From Candidatus Latescibacterota bacterium (lineage in GTDB: Bacteria > Latescibacterota > UBA2968 > UBA8231): 64,000 nucleotides of DNA. Within the stretch, counting starts at the first letter, position 1; the number at the start of each line of letters is the position of its first letter. A program made the position numbers and the translations under genes. The stretch covers positions 832,001 to 896,000 of the forward strand of contig CBDCXV010000001.1 in the NCBI GenBank assembly GCA_965223905.1. Reading direction: 5' to 3'. The notes beneath the pieces are model-generated. The model ran no database searches. It was not told the DNA's origin and saw only the letters and a list, made by a program, of their open reading frames with translations. Shown here piece by piece: positions 21,404 through 31,482 of this stretch.

Positions 21404-21432
21404 ATTCTAGAGGGCGGTTCGGCCACTGTCAA
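21404..21432 (-). promoter_or_regulatory. Sigma70-type promoter of the trp/aro operon
   Basis: TTGACA (21432-21427), 17-nt spacer, TAGAAT (21409-21404), just upstream of trpL. Confidence 0.85.
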
Positions 21433-21459
21433 CAGCCGCGCGGCAGTCAGGTGCCGCCG

Positions 21460-22248
21460 CTATTGCTCTTCATCGCCGACCGAAACCGTCTCGATCTCGA
21501 GATCCTCCCGCAGGGCGATGCGGTCGACCTGGCCGTCGGAGATCCAGACGACGCGGTCCGATACGCTGAGCATCTTGTGATCGTGGGTCGCCGAAATCAC
21601 GGTAACTCCCGATGTCTGGTTCATGGAGCGCAGCAGCTCGATGATTTCGGTGCCGGTCTTCAGATCGAGGTTGGCTGTCGGCTCGTCGGCGAGCACGACG
21701 GCAGGATCGTTGGCCAAAGCGCGGGCGACGGCGACGCGCTGCTGCTGGCCGCCGGACAGCTCGAAGGGTTTGTGCGAATGCCGGTCCCCCAGGCCCACTT
21801 TGCCGAGCAGGTCCATACCCTTGTCGCGGGATTCGTCGCTGGTGAGGCCGGCGAAGACCATGGGAAGAGTGACGTTTTCGAGCGCCGTCATCACCGGAAT
21901 CAGGTTGAAGGACTGGAAAATGTAGCCGATCTTGCGGCAGCGCAGCCAGGCGAGCTCATATGCATCGAGCTGGGCGACGTCCACTTCGTCGATGTAGACC
22001 TTGCCTTCCGACGGTTTGTCGAGTCCGCCGACCATGTTGAAAAGAGTGCTCTTTCCGGAACCGGAAGGCCCCATGATCGACATGTACTCGCCGGAGTAGA
22101 TCTCGAGATCCACACCCCGCAAGGCGTGCACCTCCGTCGCGCCCATCTGGTACACCTTCTTGACCTTCTGAGTGCGCACGACGGTGCGCTGCTCTTCGGC
22201 GGTCGCCGGGCGGGGGTCGACAGCCGTCTGGGTATCTTCGCTTGCCAT
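21460..22248 (-). CDS. ABC transporter ATP-binding protein (LolD/MacB-like)
   Basis: GPSGSGKST, IGYIFQSFNLI, LSGGQQQRVAVARAL, LADEPTANLD, ATHD. Confidence 0.93.
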   Translation of the reverse strand: MASEDTQTAVDPRPATAEEQRTVVRTQKVKKVYQMGATEVHALRGVDLEIYSGEYMSIMGPSGSGKSTLFNMVGGLDKPSEGKVYIDEVDVAQLDAYELAWLRCRKIGYIFQSFNLIPVMTALENVTLPMVFAGLTSDESRDKGMDLLGKVGLGDRHSHKPFELSGGQQQRVAVARALANDPAVVLADEPTANLDLKTGTEIIELLRSMNQTSGVTVISATHDHKMLSVSDRVVWISDGQVDRIALREDLEIETVSVGDEEQ

Positions 22249-22278
22249 GGATTTCTCGTCGGTGAAGAAGTCAGGGAT

Positions 22279-22992
22279 TCAAGTGTCGGAGCGCATCGCC
22301 TCGACAGGCTCCATCTTCGCCGCCTTGTAGGCCGGCAACATGGCGCCGATGAGAGACAGCAGCGTTCCGGAGACGATCGCTGCGCCGGCGGATCGCACGA
22401 CGTCGATCGTGGGAAAATAATCGAAGACGAATTCGCCGTAGTCGAAGAGGCCGAGAAGAACGGTCAACAGGAGGCCGATGAGGATACCGGCGACCGTGCC
22501 CGCGACTCCCTGAAACGTCGATTCGAGCAGGAACAGCTTGATGATGAAGGAGTCGAGAGCTCCGAGACACTTCATCGTGCCGATCTCGCGGAAGCGCTCG
22601 GTAACCGACATCAGCATGGCGTTGGCGATGCCGACGACGCAGACCAGGAGCGACAGACTTACCAGCCAGGTCTGCTTGGAGCGCTCTTCCTCTATTCGCG
22701 CCTGGGCTTCGCTGGAGGTTCCGGCCATCTCCGCGGTCACCGTTTCGATCCCGTTCTTTTGCAGCAACAGGTTCAGTTCGCTCTTGTTGGCATCGCGCAT
22801 GCTGGCGACAAGGTCGTTGCTGCTCCACACCGACATCAGGAATGCAATGGCCAGGACGATGCCGCTGGTGGTTATCAGCGAGCGGCCGAAGCGAATCTTG
22901 AGACTGCGCAGGCTGATCTCGATCGCCTTGGTGAAGGGAAGGACGATCTCGCGTCCACCTGCTATCTGGATGCTCTGTATGCTCTGTGTCAT
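22279..22992 (-). CDS. ABC transporter permease, FtsX/MacB-like (short)
   Basis: GIANAMLMSVTERFREIGTMKCLGA, FLLES, PAYKAAKMEPVEAMR. Confidence 0.88.
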   Translation of the reverse strand: MTQSIQSIQIAGGREIVLPFTKAIEISLRSLKIRFGRSLITTSGIVLAIAFLMSVWSSNDLVASMRDANKSELNLLLQKNGIETVTAEMAGTSSEAQARIEEERSKQTWLVSLSLLVCVVGIANAMLMSVTERFREIGTMKCLGALDSFIIKLFLLESTFQGVAGTVAGILIGLLLTVLLGLFDYGEFVFDYFPTIDVVRSAGAAIVSGTLLSLIGAMLPAYKAAKMEPVEAMRSDT

Positions 22993-23210
22993 TTCAGGGC
23001 CATGTTCGCGACAAGCGGGTAGCTTCTCCTCGACATCTTCCGGACTAATTGACTATCGGACGGTGGACTCGTCAAGTCAATCCGGAGCCCGGCACGGATC
23101 AGGCAGTTCCCGGGACCCGGAGTTTTTCCGGGTGTACTGGCGGCGGAAGCGCGATTCACGGCTCGGAGCGACATGCCGCCCCCAGCCCGGATGGCCCTTC
23201 CTACGGGCTG

Positions 23211-24950
23211 CTAACTCCTGGAGCGTATTTCGACCAGCGGCAGGTCCTTCATCGATTGCGGTTCGATTTCCTCGACAAGGCGGGGGAATGACGCCGGCAC
23301 CATGCGCACGTGAACGGAGTGCATCCCGCGGCCCCCCAGGGGTTTGAGCGAGTGGGATATGGTCGCCGACGTGAAGATGACTTCGTCGACCGAGTACTCG
23401 GCGACGAGCTCCTCCAACTGGTCGATTGAGCCGACGATCTGGATAGCTTCGAGGACGCGGCCGGCACTGTCTCTGTCCGGACCGACGACGCCGATCAGTT
23501 CGCAGTCGAGGTAGTTCGTCTTGCGGAGGTAGTCGAGCAGTTCCCGGGCGCTTTCGTCCACTCCCACCACCAGTGTGCGCCTGCCCTCGCGGACGTGGCG
23601 CGACTGGAGCAGCCGGCGCCAACCGATACGCCAGCCGGCTACCAGAATCGTGTTGAAGACCCACGCCGCTCCCACTGCCAGCCGTGAAAAATTGTAGGCC
23701 TTGAAGAAAAAGACGCTGGTCACGATGACGGCGAACCCGAGGGCGACCCCGGCGACCGCCCAGGCTGCGGAGAGGCGGCGGCGGTCGTACAGCCCAACGA
23801 GAAAAAACGAGGATACCCAGATGAAGGTTGGAAGCGCGTGAAGCACCTGCCATTCCATGTCGCTGTACGGAGGCGGAGTCAGCCAGCGCGTCGGATTGAC
23901 GTCGAGGGCCATGCGATTGGCGATCGCTTCGAGGTCGCCGATCAGCGGCATCGCCTCGGGATGGTAACGTACGGCCAGCCCCAGTTTCAGGCCGAGGAGA
24001 ACCAGTAGCGCATCGAGTGCCGGCACGGTCAGGCGGCGGGCCAGGGGGCCGAGGAAGGAGAACAGTCCGTACAGGAGGATGCCGAGGTTCAGCAGCAGCA
24101 GGGGTGAGAAGCGGTAGCGCTGCTTCAGGTGCTTGCGCACGAAAATGGCCATCGCCTCGTTTTTCCGGTACTGGGTGCGCATCTCGACCTTCTTGCCGCT
24201 CTCCCCCCTGAAATGGATGATCTCGGTGTCCGGCACGTAGTAGATCTTCCACCCTGCCTGCTGCATGCGGTAGCACCAGTCGATGTCCTCTCCATACATG
24301 AAGTAGTCTTCGTCGAGGGGGCCGACCTCGTCGATGACGCGGCGGCGCACCATCATGCAGGAGCCGGAGAGGGCGTCGACTTCGCTCACCTGCTCTTCGT
24401 CGAGGTAGGTGAGGTTGTAGCGGCCGAACCGGCGGCTGTGGGGAAACAACCGGCTCAGGCCGCTGAGCTTGTAGAAGGCCGCCATCGGCGTCGGGAAGCT
24501 TCGCCGCGATTCCAGCTGCAGGGTGCCGTCGGGGTTGAGGATCTTGCAGCCCGCGGCCGCCGCTTCGGGATGGTCGTCGAGAAACTGCACCAGGCAGCGG
24601 AGGGTGTCGGGGCGCACGATGGTATCGGAGTTCAGGAGCAGGGCGTAGCGCCCGCGCGAGCGCCGGAAGGCGATGTTGTTGGCCGCGGCGAAGCCGAGGT
24701 TTCGCTCGTTCCGGATCAGCTCGACCTCGGGGAATTTTTGCTCCACCATCTCGGCGCTGCCGTCGCGGGAGGCGTTGTCGACCACGACCACCTCCACCTC
24801 CAGCCCGGCGGAGGCCTCCAGTACCGTGCGCAGCGTCTGCTCCATCAGGTCGCGCGTGTTGTAGCTCGGCACGACCACGGTGAGATCGATCTCCGGGGCC
24901 TGGACGCCCCGCCCGCCGCGAGCGGCTTCCCTGCCGACGGTACCGGTCAT
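23211..24950 (-). CDS. GT2 glycosyltransferase fused to a membrane + Rossmann-like region (WcaJ N-terminal-like)
   Basis: VVVPSYN, VDNASRDGS, LLNSD, SGSCMMVR, YFMYGEDIDWC, followed by TM helices, FSRL and RRTLVVG...VDEVIF. ATG at 24950. Confidence 0.85.
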   Translation of the reverse strand: MTGTVGREAARGGRGVQAPEIDLTVVVPSYNTRDLMEQTLRTVLEASAGLEVEVVVVDNASRDGSAEMVEQKFPEVELIRNERNLGFAAANNIAFRRSRGRYALLLNSDTIVRPDTLRCLVQFLDDHPEAAAAGCKILNPDGTLQLESRRSFPTPMAAFYKLSGLSRLFPHSRRFGRYNLTYLDEEQVSEVDALSGSCMMVRRRVIDEVGPLDEDYFMYGEDIDWCYRMQQAGWKIYYVPDTEIIHFRGESGKKVEMRTQYRKNEAMAIFVRKHLKQRYRFSPLLLLNLGILLYGLFSFLGPLARRLTVPALDALLVLLGLKLGLAVRYHPEAMPLIGDLEAIANRMALDVNPTRWLTPPPYSDMEWQVLHALPTFIWVSSFFLVGLYDRRRLSAAWAVAGVALGFAVIVTSVFFFKAYNFSRLAVGAAWVFNTILVAGWRIGWRRLLQSRHVREGRRTLVVGVDESARELLDYLRKTNYLDCELIGVVGPDRDSAGRVLEAIQIVGSIDQLEELVAEYSVDEVIFTSATISHSLKPLGGRGMHSVHVRMVPASFPRLVEEIEPQSMKDLPLVEIRSRS

Positions 24951-25678
24951 GCTCCGCCCTTTCCGGGCCGCCTTCCGAACATCCGGGAAAGCCCGAAGAC
25001 CAGTATCTGCTTCGCGAACAGCAGGTACTCGCGAAAGTCGAGCTTGCTGGCGCTGAATTGGCGGTTGCGGAACACGAACGGTGTCGATCGATGCGAGGCG
25101 TACCTGCCCTTCATCAGGATCTCCAGCAGGATCTTGTAGCCTCCGGAGGTCAGCTCGAACTCCCCGTCGATAACCTCGCGGTGCAGGAAGAAGTATCCCG
25201 ACAGGGGGTCCTCGACTCCGGTGATCAACCGCGCCGCGCCCACCCCCACCATGGAGATCATCTTCCGGTGCAGCGCCCACCTCTCGACCTCGCTGGTTTC
25301 GCCGAAACGGCTGCCCATGGTCAGGTCGTGTTCGCGCAGGCCGCGGATCAATTCCGGCAGGATCCCCGGATCGTGGCTGAGGTCGGCGTCGATTACGCCT
25401 ATGAAGGGGCGCTCGCTCCGGGCGAATCCCGCCATTACCGCCGAGCCGAGACCGAGCTTGCCGCTCCGGTGCACGACTTTGACCGGGTAATGGTCCCTGA
25501 GCGCCTCGGCCGCCTCACCGGTGCCGTCTGGGGAGTTGTCGTCCACGACGATAAGCTCGAGATCGATGTCGTCAGCTCCGGCGAGCACCGCGAACAACTC
25601 CTCGGCGAGCAGGGCGATGTTCTCGCGCTCGTTGTAGGTCGGGGTGATCAGCGAAACGCTGAATTCAGCTTGCGACAT
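24947..25678 (-). CDS. Polyprenol monophosphomannose synthase-like GT2 (Dpm1 family)
   Basis: PTYNERENI, VDDNSPDGT, GKLGLGSA, DADLSHDP, GSR, DPLSGYF, GYKILLE, SKL. Confidence 0.9.
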   Translation of the reverse strand: MSQAEFSVSLITPTYNERENIALLAEELFAVLAGADDIDLELIVVDDNSPDGTGEAAEALRDHYPVKVVHRSGKLGLGSAVMAGFARSERPFIGVIDADLSHDPGILPELIRGLREHDLTMGSRFGETSEVERWALHRKMISMVGVGAARLITGVEDPLSGYFFLHREVIDGEFELTSGGYKILLEILMKGRYASHRSTPFVFRNRQFSASKLDFREYLLFAKQILVFGLSRMFGRRPGKGGA

Positions 25679-26579
25679 CGGAGAAGATATCCTCGAATTC
25701 GGCGCGGAAGCAGGGTTCGGCTCTCATCTCGTCCAGTCCGGCGCACAGGCCCAGCATCGGGCGTTCCAGCTCGGCCTCTGTCTTCCCGGTCTTCAGGCCG
25801 GAGCGCAGCGGCCGCTCCGCGAGCTGGCCGATTTCCGCTGTGGGAGCGGAGACAATCCCCCCGGTATCGAACCCGAAGGTGGATGCGAGCTTCTCGACCA
25901 GTTCGAGGCGGGTCATGAAGTCGGCCCCCCCCACGTGGTAGAGTCCGCGGCAATCCTTTCTGCACAGGTCGAGAATGGCGCGCGCAAGGTCGGGTGCGAA
26001 CGTCGGGTTGCCCCATTGGTCGTCGGCGATTCTGAGGGTGGCCCCGCGGGCGAAGGCGCCCAATGGCCAGGTGACGAGATTGCGGCGTACCCCGGGGGCG
26101 TGGCCGTAGAGCCACAAGGTGCGCACGACCAGACCCGCGGGATCCCCCGCGAGGGCGACCCGCTCGCTCTCGAGCTTGACGCGTCCGTAGTGGGACAGCG
26201 GGTTGGGCTCGTCCGCCTCGGAGTAGGGCCCGCCGCGGCCGTCGAAGACGTAATCGGTCGACAGCTGCACGAGCCTGGTCCCCGCAGCCGAACAGACCCC
26301 GGCAAGGATTCTGACGAGCTCGAGGTTGATCCGGCGGGCGCGGTCGGGGTCCGCTTCGCAGCCGTCGACATCGGTCCAGGCCGCGGTGTGGATCACCCAG
26401 TCCGGTGACGTGCCGGCGATCAGGCTCTCTACCGCGGCGTCGTCGGCGAGGTCGATCCGGTGATATGCCGGGCCGACCGGCTCATCCCGGCGACCGCAGG
26501 TAATCAGCTCGACGCCCCCGGCCGCCTGCAACAGCGACTTGCCGAGCAGGCCGTGGGCGCCTGTGACAAGAGCCTTCAC
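25665..26579 (-). CDS. rfbD: dTDP-4-dehydrorhamnose reductase family protein
   Basis: VTGAHGLLG, HTAAWTDVDGCE, STDYVFDG, PLSHYGRVKLESE, DQWGNPT. Confidence 0.9.
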   Translation of the reverse strand: MKALVTGAHGLLGKSLLQAAGGVELITCGRRDEPVGPAYHRIDLADDAAVESLIAGTSPDWVIHTAAWTDVDGCEADPDRARRINLELVRILAGVCSAAGTRLVQLSTDYVFDGRGGPYSEADEPNPLSHYGRVKLESERVALAGDPAGLVVRTLWLYGHAPGVRRNLVTWPLGAFARGATLRIADDQWGNPTFAPDLARAILDLCRKDCRGLYHVGGADFMTRLELVEKLASTFGFDTGGIVSAPTAEIGQLAERPLRSGLKTGKTEAELERPMLGLCAGLDEMRAEPCFRAEFEDIFSDVAS

Positions 26580-28114
26580 GGCTCACCCCGTCTGATCTGT
26601 TCCCGGCGCATCATGGCCGCGGCGATCCCTGCGTGGGCGCGGGAGGCGGAGCCGGCGATTCGCGGAGCCGCGGCGATCACTGCGGCTTCGTCCAGTCTGC
26701 CGCGGTCGAGGTAGATCTCGACGGCGATGGCGTTCCCGGAAGGGTGGGTGTCATCCTCGAAGGGAATCTGCTCCTCCCATACGGGCAGTGGGGCGCCGGC
26801 GGGCAAGGCGTCCCTGAAGCCGCCGGCCCGGGAATCGTAGAGGTTTTCCTCGGTCCATCTCAACGTGCGTTCCGCTGCTTGAAGGAAACGGTCCTCCCCG
26901 TTCCACCGGTGGGCCCGCCACATGGCGCGGCTCACCAGGAGCTGATCCGTAAGCAGGCCGGAGGCGCAGCCGGCGAGCCGGCAGTGAGCCACCCGGCCGT
27001 CCTCGTCGACCAGCGCCGCCAGCAGCGCCGCCGCCGCGCTTGCCGCCAGCTCCCCCCATCCCCGCTGCTCGAGCTGCTCGGCCGCATCGAGCAGGGCGAG
27101 GACGAGCCGGGCATTGCGGCCGGCGTATGCCGTCCGGTCCGCCCACCAGGCCGCTTTTCCGGTGCCGGTCTCCACGCGTACCTGGCGCCCGTGGAACAGG
27201 CGGCGTTCGCCGTCGTAGAGCGCCCGGCGCACGAAGGCGAGCTGCCTGTCCAGCAGGGGGGTGAAGACCTCCGGGTCCGCCTCGCGGGCGGCGAGCAACA
27301 GCTGCAGCATGCCCGCCTGGTCGGCGGCGTCCCTGGCTCCCGACGGCGTCGTCCAGTCCGGGGTGTGGGAAAACGAGTGTATGCCACCGGCTTCGGCATC
27401 CCACATCGGCGACCGCAGCATGGTTTTTACCGTCGACAGCCACATCTCGCGGGCCGTCTCGTCCCCGGTGAATCTATTGTAGTTCAACAGGAAGTGGAGA
27501 ACCAACAGGCCGGGGAACTTCCCGGAGCCGCCGAAACCCCCGTGCACCGGGTCGTAGTCGGCGGCGACCGCGGCGAACACGTCCGCCGGGGACAGCCGGG
27601 TGCGGCCAGGATCCATCTTCGCCTCGGCTGCCTTTTCAACCAGGACATCGCGCCGTTTTTCGAAGTGGTCGGCCATGTGCATCAGCCAGGTGCGCGCGTT
27701 CCGCGACGGCAGATCGGTGGCCGTCGCTACGGCGCTGCCGTCGGGAAGAAGGAGGGCGAGGGCCGGCCAGCCCCGGGGAGCGAAGCGGCGCGCCAGGTCG
27801 GGGCGCTGGAAGGGATTCACCCGGAAGGCGGTGAATTTCTGCTCGATTAGATAGCGCACCGAGGGGTCGTCGTTGGCGAAAACCCCGTCGGCTCCCTCGG
27901 CGGCGAAGTAGAGCAGCAGGGGCAGATCCCGGTCCTGCGCCCGCTGAAGGGTCTGCCGGTCCCAGGAGTTCCAGGGGATGGCGGCGGAATCCCCTGCCGG
28001 AGCGGCGGCCGCATCCGGCGCCCGTCCGTCCGTTGTGGCGGTGTCTTCGCCGGACTGCCCGCCGCAGGCCAGCATCAGCGCCGGCAGGAGCCACCAGCCC
28101 TGCCGCAGGTTCAT
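26576..28114 (-). CDS. DUF255/YyaL-like thioredoxin + alpha/alpha-barrel protein, predicted lipoprotein
   Basis: Lipobox MLAC, IPWNSW, RPDL..GWP...LLPDG, DPVHGGFGGSGKFP, EDDTHPSGNA. The CxxC motif is absent. Confidence 0.75.
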   Translation of the reverse strand: MNLRQGWWLLPALMLACGGQSGEDTATTDGRAPDAAAAPAGDSAAIPWNSWDRQTLQRAQDRDLPLLLYFAAEGADGVFANDDPSVRYLIEQKFTAFRVNPFQRPDLARRFAPRGWPALALLLPDGSAVATATDLPSRNARTWLMHMADHFEKRRDVLVEKAAEAKMDPGRTRLSPADVFAAVAADYDPVHGGFGGSGKFPGLLVLHFLLNYNRFTGDETAREMWLSTVKTMLRSPMWDAEAGGIHSFSHTPDWTTPSGARDAADQAGMLQLLLAAREADPEVFTPLLDRQLAFVRRALYDGERRLFHGRQVRVETGTGKAAWWADRTAYAGRNARLVLALLDAAEQLEQRGWGELAASAAAALLAALVDEDGRVAHCRLAGCASGLLTDQLLVSRAMWRAHRWNGEDRFLQAAERTLRWTEENLYDSRAGGFRDALPAGAPLPVWEEQIPFEDDTHPSGNAIAVEIYLDRGRLDEAAVIAAAPRIAGSASRAHAGIAAAMMRREQIRRGEP

Positions 28115-28268
28115 GGCGTCGGATTCCCCTGGGGTTCCGTCCCGGCAGCAGATCCGCACCATTCAAACTCCACGGGGAACCTGAGCGGGTCGGGGGAAGA
28201 AACGGCCCTTGGGGCCGGGGAGGTATCGGTGGGACGGAACCCCGACTGCGATGGCGTGAATCTGCCGC

Positions 28269-29853
28269 TCACCCCTGAAATTCAAGGACGTAGGTGTCGG
28301 GGTTCTTCCGGTGCCAGACGATGCGGAAGAGGTCGGGGTATTTCCCGATCGCCGGCACCAGGTAGCGCGACGTCGAGGGGAAGGGAAGCTGGTCGACGAC
28401 GACGAAATCCGCCCTTCTGCTGCGCAGGTCGGCGAGCACGGCGTCGGGATCCTTGAACTTGTAGACGATCGTCCGCCGGCCGGACACTACGTGCATCCAG
28501 AACCCCTTGCGGCAGGAAATCACCGAGTCGGAGGGCAGGTTGTTGCGGATCCACAGGCCGGCGTCGTAGTAGCGCTGCCATCCCGGCTGATACGGCCCGC
28601 GGGCGTACCGGGCCTGGCTCTGCAGTCCGTCGAGCTGCGAGTTGAGCAGGAGCAGCAGGGCGGTGGCCCCCAGAACCGTGGAAAGCGGCCGCCCGGCGAT
28701 GGCGCTGAGCCTCGCGAGGAGGTCGCCGGCGACCCGCACGGCAAAGAACAGCAGCACCGGAATGGCGGGCAGGAGGAAGCGGTCCCCAATCCAGGGCCAC
28801 AGGAACATCAGGCCCAGGAACAGCACCCCGTAAATCCAGATCAGCAGGTTTTCGCGCCTGCGGATGCAGAGGAAGCTGGCGTACAGGGCCAGGGCGACGA
28901 TTGCGAGGGTCACCGGGTTGAAGAGCGACTGGGCTCCAGGAAAGGAGGGCCACAGCGTCTTGGGCATAATGTGGACGAGATAGGCCTGGAGGTTGCCGCC
29001 GAGGCGTTCGATAAAGCCGGCGGCGTCGAGATAGCCGCGGTCGGGATGGTAGGGGTTCACCTGCAGGAACTGGGTCACGTAGACGCCGCCGCGGCCGCTG
29101 AAATGGTTGCGCAGCGACCAGGGCAGCGCCGCAGCGAATGCCCCCGCGGCCAAAACGAGGGCGCGCCGGTACTGCCGGTCGAAGGCGAGGAAAAGCAGGA
29201 CCGCGGCCACCAGCAGGACGCCGACGCTGCGGACGTAGTACGCCCACATCATGCAGATGAACCCCGCGGTCAACCAGGGATTCGTCAGTCCCTCGCGGCT
29301 ACGGGCGCCGCGCTGCACCAGGAACAGGGTTGCCAGCGAAAACAGGGTGTAGGGGATTTCCGACATCACCTGGCTGCCGTACTCGACCAGCTTGGGCTGG
29401 GCCGCGCACAGCAGGGCGGCGGCCCAGGCGGACGCCTCCCCCAGGCAGTCCCTGGCGAGCAGGTAGGCGGCGACAGGGACGCCGGCGAAGAGCACGGCAA
29501 CCAGCCACTTCATCAAGATGAAGTCCCGCACCGGTTCCCCGCCGCCAGCGGCATCCTGTTCAGCGCCGGGGCCGAAGATCCAGGCAAGCGGCGACAGCAT
29601 CAGCGGGACACCCGAAGGGGTACTTCGTCGCCGGCTTCAGGTCCGGGTCGTTGACGTAGTGCAGTCCCTCCCCCTGCGCCAGCGAACGGGCGAGGATGAC
29701 GAACTCGGTATTGTCGCCGCTGAGAGAGAGCTTTTCGTCGAAGCACCAGGCCGCGGCAATGAACCCGACGATCCCCCAGACCGCCGCAACCGCGATGCGG
29801 CCGCGCCGCGAGCCGATCAGCGCCGCGACCTTCGAGATTCCCCCCGCTCTCAG
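28269..29853 (-). pseudogene. GT-C (ArnT/PMT-like) membrane glycosyltransferase split by a +1 frameshift near 29609 (real or sequencing error)
   Basis: N-terminal part (DEKLSLSGDNTEFVILARSLAQGEG...KYPFG) and C-terminal part (MLSPLAW...MSEIPY) are in different frames. Removing one G gives KYPFGFPLMLSP. The start is uncertain. Confidence 0.75.
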
Positions 29854-30596
29854 AAGTCGGCCTCCGCGTTGTCCCGGGGCAGGAAGCCGAGTCCGGCGAT
29901 GGTGTCGCCGAGATCGAAGACGCGGCGGTCGTTGGCGCTGATCGCGTAGGCGAGCAGAAACCGCGCGTCGACGTCGAGGGCGCGGCGGAAGGCCTGCACG
30001 CAGTCGCGGTGACTGAGGTGCATGGCGCGCATGTAGTCCTCGGCGGCGGTGCCCCGCATCATGGCGGCGTCGTTCTGCTTCGTGATCCAGCCGATACGCA
30101 GGCCGATGAAGCGGAGCCCGTGCCGCTCGCTGAAGTACTTGCCGAGGTTTTCGCCGAACAGCTTCGAAACGGCGTAGAGGGAGTCGGGGTTCGGGGGGTC
30201 GGTCAGGCGCAGGTGCCGTCTCCTGGCCGGGTCGAGGGTTTCCGGGGTAGTGGCGAGGGTGTCGCCGTGCTGGGTGTGGTTGGTGGTCGCGAAAACGATG
30301 CGCTCGACGCCGCTGTTGCGGCACTCTTCGAATACCTGGTAGGTCGCTTCGATGTTGTTGTCGCGGACCGAATCCCAGATGGCGTCAGGATTGGGATCGG
30401 CGGCTAGGTGGATGACTGCGTCCAATCCCTGAAAGATGCCCCGCACCTGGCCGCCTTCGGTCAGGTCGACCACGAACGCGGTGCGCGCACCCTCTTCGCG
30501 ATCGAAGCCGATGATCTCGTAGTCGTCGCCGAGGCCGGAGGCGAGGACGCCGCCAATGGTGCCGTTGGCACCGGTAATTCCAATCCGTTTGGCCAA
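29850..30596 (-). CDS. NAD-dependent epimerase/dehydratase (uronate dehydrogenase-like SDR)
   Basis: IGITGANGTIG, VIHLAA, PDSLYAVSKLFGE (YxxxK), LRIG, LSHRDC. TTG start at 30596. Confidence 0.85.
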   Translation of the reverse strand: MAKRIGITGANGTIGGVLASGLGDDYEIIGFDREEGARTAFVVDLTEGGQVRGIFQGLDAVIHLAADPNPDAIWDSVRDNNIEATYQVFEECRNSGVERIVFATTNHTQHGDTLATTPETLDPARRRHLRLTDPPNPDSLYAVSKLFGENLGKYFSERHGLRFIGLRIGWITKQNDAAMMRGTAAEDYMRAMHLSHRDCVQAFRRALDVDARFLLAYAISANDRRVFDLGDTIAGLGFLPRDNAEADF

Positions 30597-30906
30597 ACCA
30601 CGTGCCTTTCCGAGCCGGTAGGAGAGTTGTTGCGACGGGTGTGCCAATGTAGCGATTCGCCCCCCGGCCGCAACGAATCAGCCCCGGGGTGCGCAGGCGG
30701 CCGGCTTGTTTGCGAGGGGTGGGGAATTGCCCAACCTTACGAGCGTTTCCCTGACCACGCCCATGTTTGAGCGTGCTGATCTTCTCCGTATCCGGTTGCA
30801 CTATCCCTTCGTACGTCTGTCCTCGGGACGGGGCGCCGGGATTATCTTTGCTGCCTGTTGATTCCGTCCTCACTCTTGCCTCTGCTTCGAACCACAGGAG
30901 GTCTAG

Positions 30907-31482
30907 ATGACCGTTCACGCACCGCGTTCACACATGACCGCCGAAGAGCTGTTCGATCTGGCGGACGACGACGGTCGATTTGAGCTGGTAGAAGGAGAGC
31001 TTGTCCACATGACCCCGACAGGCGGCACACATGGCGCACTGACGGTTCGCATAGGGCGCCTGCTCGACGAGTATATTGAAGCGCACGACCTCGGCGTCTG
31101 CTGCGGCGCTGAGACTGGGTTCATTCTCCAGCGGGACCCCGACACGGTGCGCGCCCCGGACGCCGCCGTCGTGGTGAAGTCCCGCATTCCCCCCACCGGC
31201 ATCCCCAGCACCTACTGGACGTTTGCTCCCGACCTCGCCGTCGAAGTCGTCTCACCGTCGGACCGCCTCGCCGACGTCCACGTCAAGATCGCCGAGTACT
31301 TCGCCGCCGGGACCCGCCTGGTCTGGCTCGTGGAACCCGAAACCCGGATGGTCCACGTATACCGGTCTCTGCTGCAGGTCGAGGTGGTGGGAACGGAGGA
31401 TGACCTCGAGGGAGGCGATGTGCTGCCTGGGTTCAGCTGTCCGGTGCGGCGGCTCTTCGCCTCGGTTCCTTCAAAGCAATGA
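30907..31482 (+). CDS. Uma2 (DUF820) family PD-(D/E)XK-like endonuclease
   Basis: FELVEGELV.MTP...HG, VRAPDAAV, APDLAVEVVSPSD, KIAEYFAAGTRLVWLVEP, VLPGF. AGGAGG RBS. Confidence 0.93.
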   Translation: MTVHAPRSHMTAEELFDLADDDGRFELVEGELVHMTPTGGTHGALTVRIGRLLDEYIEAHDLGVCCGAETGFILQRDPDTVRAPDAAVVVKSRIPPTGIPSTYWTFAPDLAVEVVSPSDRLADVHVKIAEYFAAGTRLVWLVEPETRMVHVYRSLLQVEVVGTEDDLEGGDVLPGFSCPVRRLFASVPSKQ

